From Macrostomum lignano (taxonomy: Eukaryota), in assembly GCA_002269645.1 (NCBI GenBank), contig NIVC01000181.1, positions 399,693 through 463,692 of the forward strand: a stretch of 64,000 nt of DNA. Reading direction: 5' to 3'. The notes under the pieces are model-generated. The model did no database searches. It was not told where the DNA came from and worked only from the letters and a program-made list of their open reading frames with translations. This document shows, in pieces, positions 28,426 through 40,870 of the stretch (the first letter of the stretch is position 1; each line of letters opens with the position of its first letter). A program made the translations under genes and the position numbers.

Positions 28426-29709
28426 CAGTGTTTTCATCAAAATCGTGGTGTCTGCAGTCACAGATAGTAAATTTTAGTGTTGAAGATGTCGAAATTATAT
28501 TTGAACTGCTCGTGAACATGATTGCAACAATATCTTTTCATTAGACACTTTTTAGAGAGACAATTAAAAAACTATCCAATAAAATCGCGGCCCATGATCC
28601 AGCCGGCGTCCATGTCATCAAGAAGATATCGCGGCAAAATATTTTTGCTGAAAAACATCAATCACGCGCTCGTAGCTGCTGACCGCTTAAGACAACTTCA
28701 GAATCAGAATCGACCAGAGAGCGACCAAAATGAATCAGACAACTGGTTGGATTATTGCGAGCTAGTCTTCGCGGAAAAGCCAAGCTTGAACCGAGCCCAT
28801 TCGAGGCCTGATAGAAATACAAATGCTCGCACTCTGTTCCGAGAAGGTACTGAGGTAGCAGCTCTGCAGATGTACTCACTCGAGATTTATCTGGCTTCTG
28901 CGCCATTCAATGTGTCCCTCAATTCTTGTTCTCAAGCCCTGGAATCATTGTACTGCACAAGTGCGGAAAAGGCTGAGCGGTAAGTACATGTATGATCTCT
29001 ACCAAATCAGCTAGAAAAAATTATATGGCACCCTCAGCAGCTTTGGCACCTTTTCCTTGAGGGTCATGTTAACGAGGTTTACAGTGGCCGAATCGTGGAC
29101 TAGGGAACAGATTGCCATTGCACTGCCTCAAGTTCCAGTACTAGCAGCAATGCATTAAACTGATGGGCACCTAGGCTCTCTCAGACAATGCTACACATCA
29201 CTTGAGGGAAGGCTGCTTTGGAGGTATTTTAATGTTCTGAAACAATCATAAATAGCTATTTGATGAGCCCTCCTAATCGTAAGTTCAACTGTGTTAATTC
29301 AGGAAAGCATTCCTCAAGCATGGGCTCGAATCGCCATTCTATCTATACACTTTCCTGAGCCGAGGAATTACTCGTACCTCTGCTGCAAGCGGCTGTCAAT
29401 TAACTTTACAGTGCAGCTGGCCAAGAGTAAAATAGAAAGCGGCAAGTCGAATACACTTGCATAGAAAGAGTTCCTGTGAGTTACCTGCTTGATTGACGGC
29501 TTTCATCAAACAAATATATTCTGCGAGATATGCGAGCTCTGCTCACGTGAAAGCCTATAACTCAAACATCATCGCAGCTGCCAGACCGGAAACACGTGCC
29601 AATCCGATGCGCATAAATACATACCTCTCAACTGCTCAAGAACTCAACTTCAAACTCGACTCAATCTACACACAGCTCGAAGACTCGACTCGACTCGACT
29701 CAAACAATC

Positions 29710-29928
29710 ATGAAGTGGCAACTCGCTCTCGGACTTTTGCTGTGCGCAGCCCTGGCCGTCGCCGAGCCCTCACGAGAGGAGAAGGCTGAGGCCATGGCCG
29801 CTCTGGAGGCTCTGTCCAACGTTGACGAGTCCAGCATGTCGGAGGAGGCCGTGGACACCGCCAAGAAGTGGCTCAGAGTTAGGGCCAGGGTTAGGGTCGG
29901 ATCCAGGAGGAGGTCTAGGTCCGGTTAG
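29710..29928 (+). CDS. Secreted prepropeptide copy 2 (72 aa, type II; tail KK-WLRVRARVRVGSRRRSRS-G)
   Basis: Same signal peptide and promoter core as the family, a divergent acidic spacer and an Arg-rich tail. Confidence 0.9.
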   Translation: MKWQLALGLLLCAALAVAEPSREEKAEAMAALEALSNVDESSMSEEAVDTAKKWLRVRARVRVGSRRRSRSG

Positions 29929-30297
29929 ATGCGCCTTGCACTGCATCTGAGACCGACGTCATTTGGCTGGCATTGACAACTCAGCTGATTTGACTCTGAA
30001 CTTTGTCTCGCGACCGCAAAGTTCTCAAATTTTGAAACCTACCCAGCTCCTATTCACTGATAAAGTTTACCAAATATAACGACAGTAAAAGCTGAAGTGC
30101 TACGCAAAAGTACCTGCATTGACTTTTCGATCTTTTTTAACTTTTCCAAGGCGCAACTAGTAATTATATGCACGGGAACTGCTGTTGGATACGAATTGTA
30201 CCATGACCTTTGTGCCCGCTGGGCACTTATTCTTGCCTTTTAATCCCATAGACTACATTTAAGCCCGCTTGCAGGAGTCAAACTTACTTTAATGCAA

Positions 30298-30501
30298 ATT
30301 AGCGGGCAGTTAATGTCATTAACTGCCCGCTAATTTTGTCCCACTTTGTCAAGGACACAAATGTCTATGGCACAATAATAGTAATACCCATGCTTTAGGG
30401 GCGTTAATGAGAAATCCTCGGGAGCCTAACGGCGCCCTCTGATTTTCCCATTAACGCCCTTAAAGCATGGGTACTAATGTACTATTAGCGGGCAGTTAAT
30501 G
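30298..30501. mobile_element. Small nested-hairpin (MITE-like) element
   Basis: CATTAACTGCCCGCTAAT at 30317-30334 has inverted copies at 30298-30315 and 30484-30501. There is an internal inverted repeat at 30381-30409 / 30449-30474. Confidence 0.55.
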
Positions 30502-30829
30502 ATATATTCTTCTGCACTATTTTTGAGTGTTTTTTGAGTATTTTTTGAGTATTTGAGTATTTTTGAGTATTTTTGAGCTCGTGACTGCAATAGACAAAGT
30601 ATTTTTCGTCTCGTTTTCGTTTTCGTTCTCCTCTGAAAGGTATGTTCCAGAATAGTACGAGCTCGCAGCAAAATATGCTTTCAGCCAATAGGAAGGAACG
30701 GGGGGGAAGGGATGTTAAAAGCGAAAATCGAGCGAGATAAAAATAACTGGCTCAGATTAGCACTCCATTCTATTCTTTCCTCTTTCCTCTTTCCTAGGCA
30801 AGCCTAGCGCAAACCGCAGCCGATACTCT

Positions 30830-30910
30830 TAGACAGCAAGCCAACTCTTCTCACGTGCAAGCCTTTAACTCCTCGGACCGGAAGACTTGCCATCCGATAC
30901 GCATAATTTT
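30830..30910 (+). pseudogene. Second promoter-only remnant of the peptide family
   Basis: ctcacgtgcaagcc..ggaccggaagacttgccatccgatacgcataat, a degenerate direct repeat of 28350-28420. Confidence 0.6.
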
Positions 30911-31862
30911 TTGGGGTTTTAAGTGTCCAATTAGGGTTTTAACTACATATGTAGATGATTGCAAAAATATTACGTCTGTCATTAGCTATTTTCTAAATGT
31001 TTTCGAAAAAACTACTTCGAACGTTGGGGACAAATGGAAAGTGGATAATGGCTAATTATTGACAATCTACTTCAGTATTGTCAAATTTTGCATGTATATT
31101 TCATGTCCAATGATGCAGGCAAAATAAGCCTTCAGCCTTAGCCTTTAGCCTTCATTGGTGGCTCATCAAATGAGCGTAGACTCGCAGATGAAGACTGTGA
31201 GATGATGAGGGACGGAGAGGAAGAAATGCGACGCAGAGAGGTAGAGGCAGTGGTAGGGAGTTTGGTAATGAGTTTCTGAATCAGAAGTGATCTCACTCGA
31301 TCAATGTATCGAGGAGGTGTCAAGGCTTAATGGGAAAGGGGTTTCGAAGGAGCCCTAGAGTAAATCGGGAGTTGTTGGTTGGACAAGAATCAAAGGGAGA
31401 GTAAGTGTTAACGTCAGCCATGATTTTGATTTCGAAGCTCAAAAGGGATACTGATATCTTAGTCAAGATAGCTAGCTGACTTTCAGGGCAAATTTTTATT
31501 TACTTTAAATGATTTTCGTAAGTAACTAACAATATTGAATGCAGGGACTACTCAAACAGTGTTTTAGCAGTCCCTGAGTGTATGTACGCTTTTCACGTTC
31601 TTTGTTGCCTCCTGAAAGGGGGCGAAGGTGGCTAGTCACAGGCTGCAATTTTAAGTAGAAATGAATTGCACTTGTTTTTGAGCTACAATAAAAACAGAAA
31701 AAACAGTCTTACAACGACTGGTTGGAGCGTTTTTCACTAAGAAGAGCTGACTAAAGAAGATTACCTTTGGAATTTGGAATAATGTCAGGAAAAGGCGGAA
31801 TAAAATACAGAAAGAAACAACTTTTTAAGCACTGATAAATCATATTCGAATAAATCCAACCC

Positions 31863-32708
31863 TTAACTATTTGGAAGCCAAAGGCCTGCACTGCAGGCCA
31901 TACCGAAACGGCCCAGAAACCCAGAGATTTAAAAATGTCTATAGCATCAAAAACCATCTCCCAATCACTAAAGCAAGTGCCCAGTATGGCCTGCTGTGCA
32001 GGCCATGACTGATTTAAAGACGTCCATTATGCATTTCCATTGTGTTTTCACTCAAATGGGAAATGTTAAAGGGGAAATAAAGCGTGGATGAATTAGCATG
32101 GATCTGGACAGAGACCAGGATTTCCGGGACATTGGCTGCAGCAAAATACTGTCTTCTTAGCTGGAACGTCAGGTTTCAAATTCGGAATCGTTTGCTTGGG
32201 CGAGTCTGGGCTTCCGTTGCTGGGAGTCGTCCGTGTATATGTGGTATCCTTCGCCCAGCACTTCGCGACTAAGCTCAGCAACAACTCTCGCTCTCTTCCT
32301 CGCCATTTTCTGCACTCTCCTGCTGGAACTCCCTGACTGCCAACCACATTCGCTCATTGGTCCATGTGACAAGACTGTGGTGAGAAACTCTTCAGTCAGG
32401 AAGATTGATAAAAAACTCAAAAACCGTCGAATCATTGCTTGATAAAGCGTCTTCCGAATCGGAATCGAGTCCCAGTCTACGCAAGGCGTCACTTTTAGCT
32501 GTCCTATTCGGCGGCGTAGAAGCCATTTGTGGGTAGGAAGGTTTGAACAGGAGCTAGCTGAAAAACTATGTGATATACTTTACTTCTGGGCTTCTAGGGT
32601 GTGCACTCGATTCAGCAAAAAAGACAAATTTGTCTATGGACTGCTCTGCAGGCGTTTGGGCTTTTAAGCCATCTTACAGAACCAAGCTTGGGCGCGAAGT
32701 GGTTTTAA
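31863..32708 (-). mobile_element. Degenerate piggyBac-like insertion with TTAA target duplication
   Basis: TTAA at 31863-31866 and 32705-32708; right end AAGTGGTT-TTAA. The internal minus-strand reading VVAELSREVLGEGYHIYTD resembles the piggyBac catalytic-Asp region. The mirror arm (about 55640-55665) has the empty site. Confidence 0.65.
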
Positions 32709-33090
32709 GCACGTAGTACCGATGAATACCGTCTGGTAAAAGTCACTGATTTCACTAATGGGAAGTCAATAAATAATTGAATGTGGCATTAATCGAACCG
32801 ATAGACGATGAAAAATAACAATTTTCTTTGCAAATGCTTTCCTTTCACGGTCGATAGCTAACAATATTTTGAATTAGTATAAGAAATCGATGAAGTCTGT
32901 TTTGTGCTCAGTGATTATTTAACTGATTGCGTTTGTCTTATTATTTGGTAAAACTGATCAGCGAACAAGCTTCGTATATTTCACCAATAGTGTTTAGGAC
33001 TGTGCTGTCATAGTCAGAGTTCAGAGTCCGGTCAGCTTGTGAGTCGTCAGTGCCAGTTAGCCTTAAACTTCAGTGTGGCGACAGACATAT

Positions 33091-33285
33091 CTAACCGATG
33101 CGGACCCTAACCCTGAAGATCTTCTTCTTCAGGTCCATGGCCTTCTCCTCCGACACGTTGGGCTCGTCCAGGTTGGACAGAGTCTCCTCCAGCACACGTT
33201 CGGCCATGGCCTTCTCCTCCTGGCTGGGCACGGCGACGGCCAGGGCTGCGCACAGCAAAAGTCCGAGAGCGAGTTGCCACTTCAT
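33091..33285 (-). CDS. Secreted prepropeptide copy 3 (64 aa; tail DLKKK-IFRVRVRI-G)
   Basis: Intact paralog with the promoter cassette at about 33395-33500. Confidence 0.9.
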   Translation of the reverse strand: MKWQLALGLLLCAALAVAVPSQEEKAMAERVLEETLSNLDEPNVSEEKAMDLKKKIFRVRVRIG

Positions 33286-34062
33286 GATTGCTTGAGTCGA
33301 GTTGAGTCGAGTCTTCGAGCTGTGTGTAGATTGAGTCGAGTTTGAAGTTGAATTCTTGAGCAGTTGGGAGTTACGAATTTATGCACATCGGATTGGCACG
33401 TGTTTCCGGTCGGAGGAGCGACGCTGTTTGACCTGTCTTCTTTTAACGGAGCAGAGTCTGGGTGACTGAGCAGTAATTGCTCTTTTGATGACAGTGAGCA
33501 ATTAAACAATTAACGCGAGAATGAATTTCAAGTAGAAGTGTATTCGCCTAGTTTAAAGCTCATCAATTAAGTTTATTGACAGATTCTAATGGTTAAGGTT
33601 CGTTGGTATTTGTCCCCTTCATTTTTTCTCGGGGTATTTCCTAATATTTTTAAAGGCTACATAACCGAAATAGAAGAAATTTAAATTATCTAATTAACTA
33701 TATTATCTTAGTAAAGGCAGCGGAGCTGTGTGAAATTTAAGCGACACAGGCAAGTGACAGAAATCTAATTGCAGAGACAGATTTATTATATATTTTCAGG
33801 AATGGCATTTCCGTGTGCTAAATTAGACTTGGACTTCTAGCGTTCTCGTAAGTAGTCAGTGAATCGAAAAAAAGAATGCCCTTGTCATGAAATAGGAAAA
33901 CATTACAAATTCTGAGTCTAAACTCTTTATGAGGCTCATACTCATATACCTAAAACAAGGTGAACTAAAACGGTAAACGGCAGTAACAAGTGAAGGTGGC
34001 TAATCGATCATTATTGACTATCTACTTCAGTATTATCAATAGTTACATATATCTTGTCTAGC

Positions 34063-36996
34063 TGTTGTGTTCTAGTGACACAGAGAGTTTCGTTTGATTG
34101 TAGCTTTTTGAGCTCAGAGATACACATCTCGCTCACAATATATTTATAGAGATCAAACTCCTACTTGCACGTTGCACGTTGCACGTTGCAATCTCCTACT
34201 CATTCTAGTATGAGTACAGTATACACCCACGCATTCAATAAGGCCAATAGTTCATTGTCAGTAGTCAGTTCATTGCGCGAGCATTGTCAATCACAACATT
34301 CTTTCCCCTTCCGGAAGAGGATAACACGCCGGTTGCCGTCGAGCTCGAGTCGACCTTCGGAGCGCCGCCTCGGGTAGTGGCTCGCCAGGCGGTGGTGGCG
34401 GCACCGTCGCCGCCCTGGCCACCGGCTCAGGCAGCAGGAGCGCCTCGAACAGCTCGTCCGCTCGGTCTTTGCTTCGCCTTCGCTTGTTGGTGTAGTCGGC
34501 ATTCTTAGCTCGCCTCTGTGCGATGCTGTCGCGCAGGTCGTCGTCGCTCGGCAGTTGCTCTTGAGTCGGCCTGAGTAGTTTGCCTGAGGAGCCGCCGCGA
34601 CCTCGCGGAAGATGTCGATTTCGATCTTGTCCCATGGACCTGCTGGCCACTCGTCTGTTGAGGCTTGCCAGACTCCTCCCCCAGAGTGCAGGCCGTGCAG
34701 TTCTCGACGTAGTCCTCCACCTGCCGGTCAATTCCAGGAAACCAGACCGTGTCGCGGCACCGCTGCATAGACCGAAAGACACCCGGATGCCCTTCGTGGG
34801 CCTCCTCGATGACTTGAAGTCGCAGGCTCGTCGGGATGATCGCGCGTTCACCACGACCGAGGCACTGACCGTACTTCCAGCAGAACAGCTCGTCCCGGAC
34901 GTTGAAGTACGGCTTCAGAGAGCTGTCCACCTTCGTCGGCCAGCCACCCGAGATGTACCGCAGAACCGGCTGCAGCACTTCGTCCTCCTTGGTCGCCGTT
35001 GCCAGTGCGTCTGCCGTCAGCGTTGTCTTCGAGTTGACGACTGCGTAGACGTAACCTCCTCATCAGTCTCCTCGGCTGGAACACGCTCCTTCGTGGCCCA
35101 TCTGGACAGCATGTCCGCGCACACTTGTTGTCAGCGCCAGGGATGTGCTCAAACCGGACGTCGTAGCCGCGAAGTCTCGACCCATCGATGATGTGCCCCA
35201 TGCCTTTCGAGTCGAGCAGAGTTGTCAGGGCCTTGTGGTCGGTGCGCAGCGTTACTCGTCTGCCGTATAGATAGTAGTGCCAGCGTTCGATGCTTCATAC
35301 ACAGGCCAGGGCTTGTCGCTCTCCGGCTGAGTATCGCTTTTCCGCTGGGCTGAGTGCTCTCGATGCGAACGCGATTGGCACCTCTTTTCCGTTTTGTACT
35401 TGGCTGAGTACCACCCCAGTCCGTCTAGACTTGCATCGCAGGTGACGTACGTCTCAGCTTGGCAGTCAAAATGAACTAACACTGGGCTGCTGGTTACGGC
35501 TGACTTGAGTGTACGGAAGGCTGTACGTTCTCGCTCACCCCAGTGCCAGTCCGCGTCCTTTTTGAGCAGTTGTCTCAGAGGCTCGGCGATCGCTGAGTAA
35601 TGCGGTATGAACTTGTGCAAAAAGTTCACTGCGCCGAGGAACGATTAAATTTGCGCGACCGTTTTTGGCTCAGGAATTCTTAGAATTGCGTCGATGTTGG
35701 ACTTGGTCGGTTTGAGGCCGTCTGCAGAGATGACCAATCCGAAGAAATCCACGCTCGCCTGCCGGAATTTGCACTTCTCTCGATTGAGTGTAAAGCCTTC
35801 GCGGTGAATTCGCCCTAAGACTTCTCGGAGGTTCTTGTCGTGCTCAGTCTCGTGCTTGCCGTGCACCAGGATGTCGTCCACGATGTTGATGGCGCCTGGA
35901 GCTCCTCGAAGCACCGTCTGCAGGGCTCGCTGGAAGGCAGCTCCGGAGCTGGATAGCCCGAATGTCACCACAGTGAACTGGTACAGGCCGGCATCGGTGA
36001 TGAAGCACGTTAGTCCTCGAGAGTCTGGATGCAGTGGAATCTGCTGGTAGCCTTGACGTAGGTCCAGCTTGCTGAAGCACTTCGAGCCGTTGATGCTGGC
36101 CGATAGGTCCTCGATTGACGGTACCGGATAGCTGTCCGCGATCACCGCCCGTTGACCTGCCGCAGATCCACGCAGAGACGAACCTTGTTGGACTCCTTCT
36201 TGCGCGTCACGACTACGTTGCTGACCCACTCGGACGCGTCGACTTTCTCAATGATGCCCTGTTGCTCCATCCGGCTGATCTCTGACGTCACTTCGTCCTT
36301 CAGGCCGATCGGCAGCTTCCGCATTGGCTCAGACACTGGCTTGACCGAGGCGTCGATCTTTGTCCGGTTAATGAAGCTCTTGGACCGGCCCAGACCGTCG
36401 AAGATTCCGGAGAAGTCGCGCTCGATCGTAGTCTCGCTGATGCTCATCACTCTTTTCGCCTTGGAAGATTCTGAATCCGAGGGCCTAAAACAGGTCGCGG
36501 CCCAGGATCTTCGCTCTTTTGTCGGCGACATAGAATGTGGCTTCTGTCCAGATGTCGTTAAACGTCACTGGAAGCTCGACCTTGCCGATGGTTTTGATCG
36601 CAAATCCGCCGTATGCCTCCAGTCTTGTGCTCGTCGGGAGCAGCGGGTGCCTAGCGAAGGATTTCTTGAACGTCTCCGTGTTGAGCAATGAGACGGCAGC
36701 ACCGCAGTCGATTTGTAGTCGGATCATTTGTAGTCGCAGAATAAGTTGTCGATGCTCCTGTTGTTCACTGCCAAGACCGCAAGGCTAGACTTTGATTGTA
36801 GCTTTTTGAGCTCAGCGATACACATCTCGCTCACAATATATTTATAGAGATCAAACTCCTACTTGCACGTTGCGCGTTGCACGTTGCAATCACCTACTCA
36901 TTCTAGGATGAGTACAGTATACGCCCACGCATTCAATAAGGCCAATAGTTCATTGTCAGTAGTCAGTTCATTGCGCGAGCATTGTCAATCACAACA
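34063..36996 (-). mobile_element. Internally deleted Ty3/Gypsy LTR retrotransposon (K02A2.6/Mag-like pol)
   Basis: 3' LTR 34063-34298 (TGTTG..CAACA); 5' LTR 36791-36996, missing its U5 end; polypurine tract GGAAGGGGAAAGAA at 34299-34312; 5-bp TSD CTAGC (34058-62 and 36997-37001). Frameshifted pol: protease LQIDCGA, RT SKLDLRQGYQQI..IVDDILV, RNase H TCDAS..RTDHKAL, integrase zinc finger HEGHPG..CTAC. Gag, PBS and the integrase core are missing. Confidence 0.93.
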
Positions 36997-38103
36997 CTAG
37001 CAATGCAGGGAAAATAAGTCGGGATCATGAAAACGGGAGCATTGTGTGAGAGCGTCAGATTAAGAAAATGAGCGGCGCTAGGGGAGAAGGAGAGGGAAGA
37101 GGTTGAGTGCGAAGCAGGGAGGTAGAGACAGTGGTAGGGAGAAAGAGTTACGGAAAGCATAGAAAGAAGAAATGGTTCGAGAAATTCAGTAGCTACAGTA
37201 GTAGTTTCACAGCTAAATGCCCGAAAGTTGATGAGTGTATTAGCTCTGCTTCCGTCTGTCTCCATCTGAGTTTCTACGCATATCTGATAAGCCCTAACGC
37301 AGGCTAGCGTCACAAGTCGAAAGACAAGTCAAGGCGTATTTGAGCCTGATATAAAATTTACCCAAGCAACAGGCTTGCTTGCTTTGAGAGTTTTAACCGT
37401 TTCGTTTGACCTGAAGCTACCAGTCTAAGCGTGCAATTTGGACTCCGAGGAGGTGCTACTTTTCTCCAACAAGGCCGTCGGCTGTTTTGAAGCTGCCGAT
37501 TTGACTAAAAACATCACTGTTACAGTCAATTAGTCCGCATGCGGGGTGTCAACCCTGACTTTTAGGCGGCCGACAGACAAAGACTACTGGCAGGCACTAC
37601 TCGATGCAAATAGTGCTCGTGCTCAGCGACTCAGCACTCACGAGTGCGACCTCGGCACCAGCGCCTCCCTCCCACAAAATCTGATTCTATCTTGGCAAGT
37701 GAAGAATCGATCTGGACATCAAGATCTATTTAAACAAAGCAGTTTCAATGATGAATTTTTAGTTATTAAATTCGTATCCTTGACTGAATGGAAGTTAGGC
37801 CGGATGATCTATTACAAGCAGCCAATCATTAGCTACGAGTTATATGCATTTAGGTACCAGTCCTCCACACAGCGACTTTCGAATTGCAAATTGAAACTAA
37901 AATAGCTCAACGATACGACTTTTAACTTTTAGTTTTGCTGAGTGCTTGAACGGGTTGTGATTGTTGTTATATTTGGTAGAACTAATCAGTAAACAAGTGC
38001 TTTTAAAATTTCACTCTGAATACCGGTCACAAGTCAGGGTTCAGAGTCAAGCCAGTCATATACGGTGAAGGGACTTCAATCTCAGGTGTATCTGAGAGCT
38101 CAT

Positions 38104-38298
38104 CTAACCAATCCTGACACGAAGACGGACGAACTTCTTCTTCAGCTTCGGAAACTGCTCCTCCGACACGCTGGACTCGTCCAGGTTGGACAGAGTCTCC
38201 TCCAGCACACGTTCGGCCATGGCCTTCTCCTCCTGGCTGGGCACGGCGACGGCCAGGGCTGCGCACAGCAAAAGTCCGAGAGCGAGTTGCCACTTCAT
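38104..38298 (-). CDS. Secreted prepropeptide copy 4 (64 aa; tail KLKKK-FVRLRVRI-G)
   Basis: The true start is taken as the conserved MKWQ ATG at 38298, not the upstream ATG of the ORF track. Confidence 0.9.
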   Translation of the reverse strand: MKWQLALGLLLCAALAVAVPSQEEKAMAERVLEETLSNLDESSVSEEQFPKLKKKFVRLRVRIG

Positions 38299-39599
38299 GA
38301 TTGCTTGAGTCGAGTCTTCGAGCTGTATGTAGATTGAGTCGAGTTTGAAGTTGACTTCTTGAGCAGTTGGGAGTTCCGAATTTATGCGCATCGGATTGGC
38401 ACGTGTTTCTGGTCGGAGGAGCGACGCTGTTTGACCTGTGTTCTTTCACGTGAGAATAGCGGAACAGAGACTGTCTTGCTTTCCTACAAGAAATGATGCA
38501 GCTTTTGTTTGCTTGACGACAGCTGTCAGTCAAACAGATAACTCTTGAGAATTTTCTCTCTGAAACTGGTCTATAGACCATTCGGATTAAGCTATTTGAC
38601 TTTTAGTTGCATAGTAGAGTTTACCGTCAGTCTCTTACAGCTGACTTGTAATTGTTTGCGCAGAATAGATTGATGTTTGAAATGACCACTCGTACTTCAC
38701 TAGTGGAAATCAGCAGTGAAAATTTCTTTGCAATGTGTCATATAGCAGTCATCAAATAGGCATTGGTGATAGCCTCAGAGAAGTATTAAAATTTGCAAAT
38801 CCAAAATTAAGGATTGATTAATTTTGGCCAAGGTGCCCTGCATTACAATGCGTGTGCCTGACTGTTCAGGCACAGAGCTCAGAAGATAGGGTCAAGGAGC
38901 AACTCCACACTTGAATAATATACATGTTAGATCCAGTAGAATAAAACAGTCTTTAATAGACTGGTTTGAGTTGCTTTCCTGCCAAGGTTTTTTGCGTCTA
39001 AATGACAGCTCGTAAGACGTTGTCAATACGTATCGGAGATTGACCCACTGCATGCTACTTTTGTACCTAGTTGATGCGGGACTCAGGGTCTGATCGGCAG
39101 ATGGAAAGCAGATATCAGCAAGCAGCAGAGCCAACCTGCTCATTCTCTCCGGGACAGGGGCAAACACGTTTTCATGACCTTGCTATTATTATTGCAGATT
39201 TTCTTCCTTTACTCAGCCTCAGCGATGGCTGAATAATGCGGTTAAAACAGAGACAGAAGTCACATGACAAATGCACGCAACCTTCTAATTCATTCTGCGT
39301 TCTAAATTTCCTATCAATCCATCTTAAGCCTTTGTGATTTTCAATGAGATTCGACTGGTTTGTGCCGAGGCATTTGTGGATGATGCTGAGTACCGATCAG
39401 TCTGACCTCCTCCATGGTCAAGCTGATGGAGGTACCGTTGCTCTGGCGCCTTCTTTTCAGTGGATCTGAAAAATGACTCCACCGAAAGCACGCTGCACGT
39501 CCTGGTTGATAAACTACTAGCATCTCACCAGGTGGATCATGTACATGATCAGCCATCGCACGGCCATAACCAGCTTGCTGGGCCACAAGAGGACGGTCC

Positions 39600-40870
39600 C
39601 CGACTGCAAAGGTAAGCCCACAAGGTGGGATGATGTCTTTTCAAGTCTCTGGAATATAGTTATCGATGAGCTCTTTCGGAGGCCCGGCCTGACCCCTTTC
39701 TTAAAGTAGGTTACTCGGACGATGTCACCGCCGTGGCGTCTGAACCGTCCACTCAGGGACTTTCTTCAGATTTTTTTATCTACACCGCTGAGCAATGGGC
39801 GGATCGCTGTTGTCTAAAGCTTTCCGAGACTACGACGGCAGCGATCATTTTCACCAGCAGGACAAAGTGGCAGATTCGACCGCTCACGCTTTACGGAAGG
39901 GAAATCTTCTTCTAAATGTCCAGGGATTACCTTGGACCACAGGCTGAACTGGTCACCCCACGTTCAGACAAAAGCCAAGAGCGCCCTCGCAGTCCTTGCG
40001 CAGCTGCACAGGGCCGTCGGCACCACCTGGGGGCTCACTCCAAAACGTCTCTGGTGGATCTGCACTGCAATGGTTAGGTTGCTATCTCGTATGGCGGCCT
40101 GATCTGGGCTAGCGCCCTGCTGATGAAGATCTGCCTTGAGACTCTCAGGAGTACGCGTCTACTCCTTATGATTGCCTCAACGCTTTCCTTAACATTCCCC
40201 TACTGAACATCTTTGTTGGCAGGGAAGCCGCCAAGACTGTCCGCCGTTTGATTAGCGCTGGCATTTGTTTCCTGTCCCATCGAGCCATGGCTAAGCGCAA
40301 GCTCCTGCCTCACGCCGACCTCTACCTCAAAGACTTGAGAGACGGTGGCGGGCTCCACGTTTGATCTGCTGGTGAACCTCGAACTCTAAAACAGTTTCAG
40401 CGCTACAAAGTCACCATCACCTCTGTCCGCCACTGTCCGCTGGAATTTCCAGGAGGTCCTTTGTTACACGGACGACTTTCATCAAAGACGGCTACGGCGG
40501 CTTTGGGGTCTGCATCAGCATCAACGGCCGCGTCATTGCCACGCATGTCCAGCACACTGGCAGGTTCACTTTGACAGCCAAGCAGCCTTACAGGCCCTTT
40601 ACCACACCACAATGAAATACCAGACAGTCGCTGACTGCAACCGGCAGCTCAACCTTCTGGCCAGCAGCACTACTGTCAGGCTGAAGTGGATCCAAGGGCA
40701 CGCAAGCGTTTCCAGAAAAAGAGTTGACAGGCACCCTCGCCAAGACGGCGAGAAGCGGACCACCTGACCGGCCCCACGCCTCTGCCTGTCTGTGGCCTTC
40801 GGGGGCTAGCGGAATGGGCGACCCTCCCTCCCCGCTGTGCCTACGGACCATCCTGCAGTCAAGTAAAGTC
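39600..40870 (+). mobile_element. Degenerate non-LTR retrotransposon (LINE, RT plus RNase H; R1/LOA/I-like)
   Basis: Frameshifted motifs PQGG..LWNIVIDEL, KVGYSDDV, LNWSPHVQTK..RAVGTTWGLTPK and the RNase H-like VRLKWIQGH. Confidence 0.8.

Noticed and set aside
29875-29910. TTAGGG-like sequence as a true telomere or interstitial telomeric array
   Set aside because: Only 2-3 degenerate units inside a coding frame; kept only as a codon-level observation.
38299-38391. N-terminal extensions (MRINSELPTAQE.., MCINSELP..) in ORF-track versions of copies 4, 6, 7, 8, 11 and 12
   Set aside because: These starts lie at or upstream of the CATAAA box, the extension is not open in frame in several copies, and it would bury the signal peptide.
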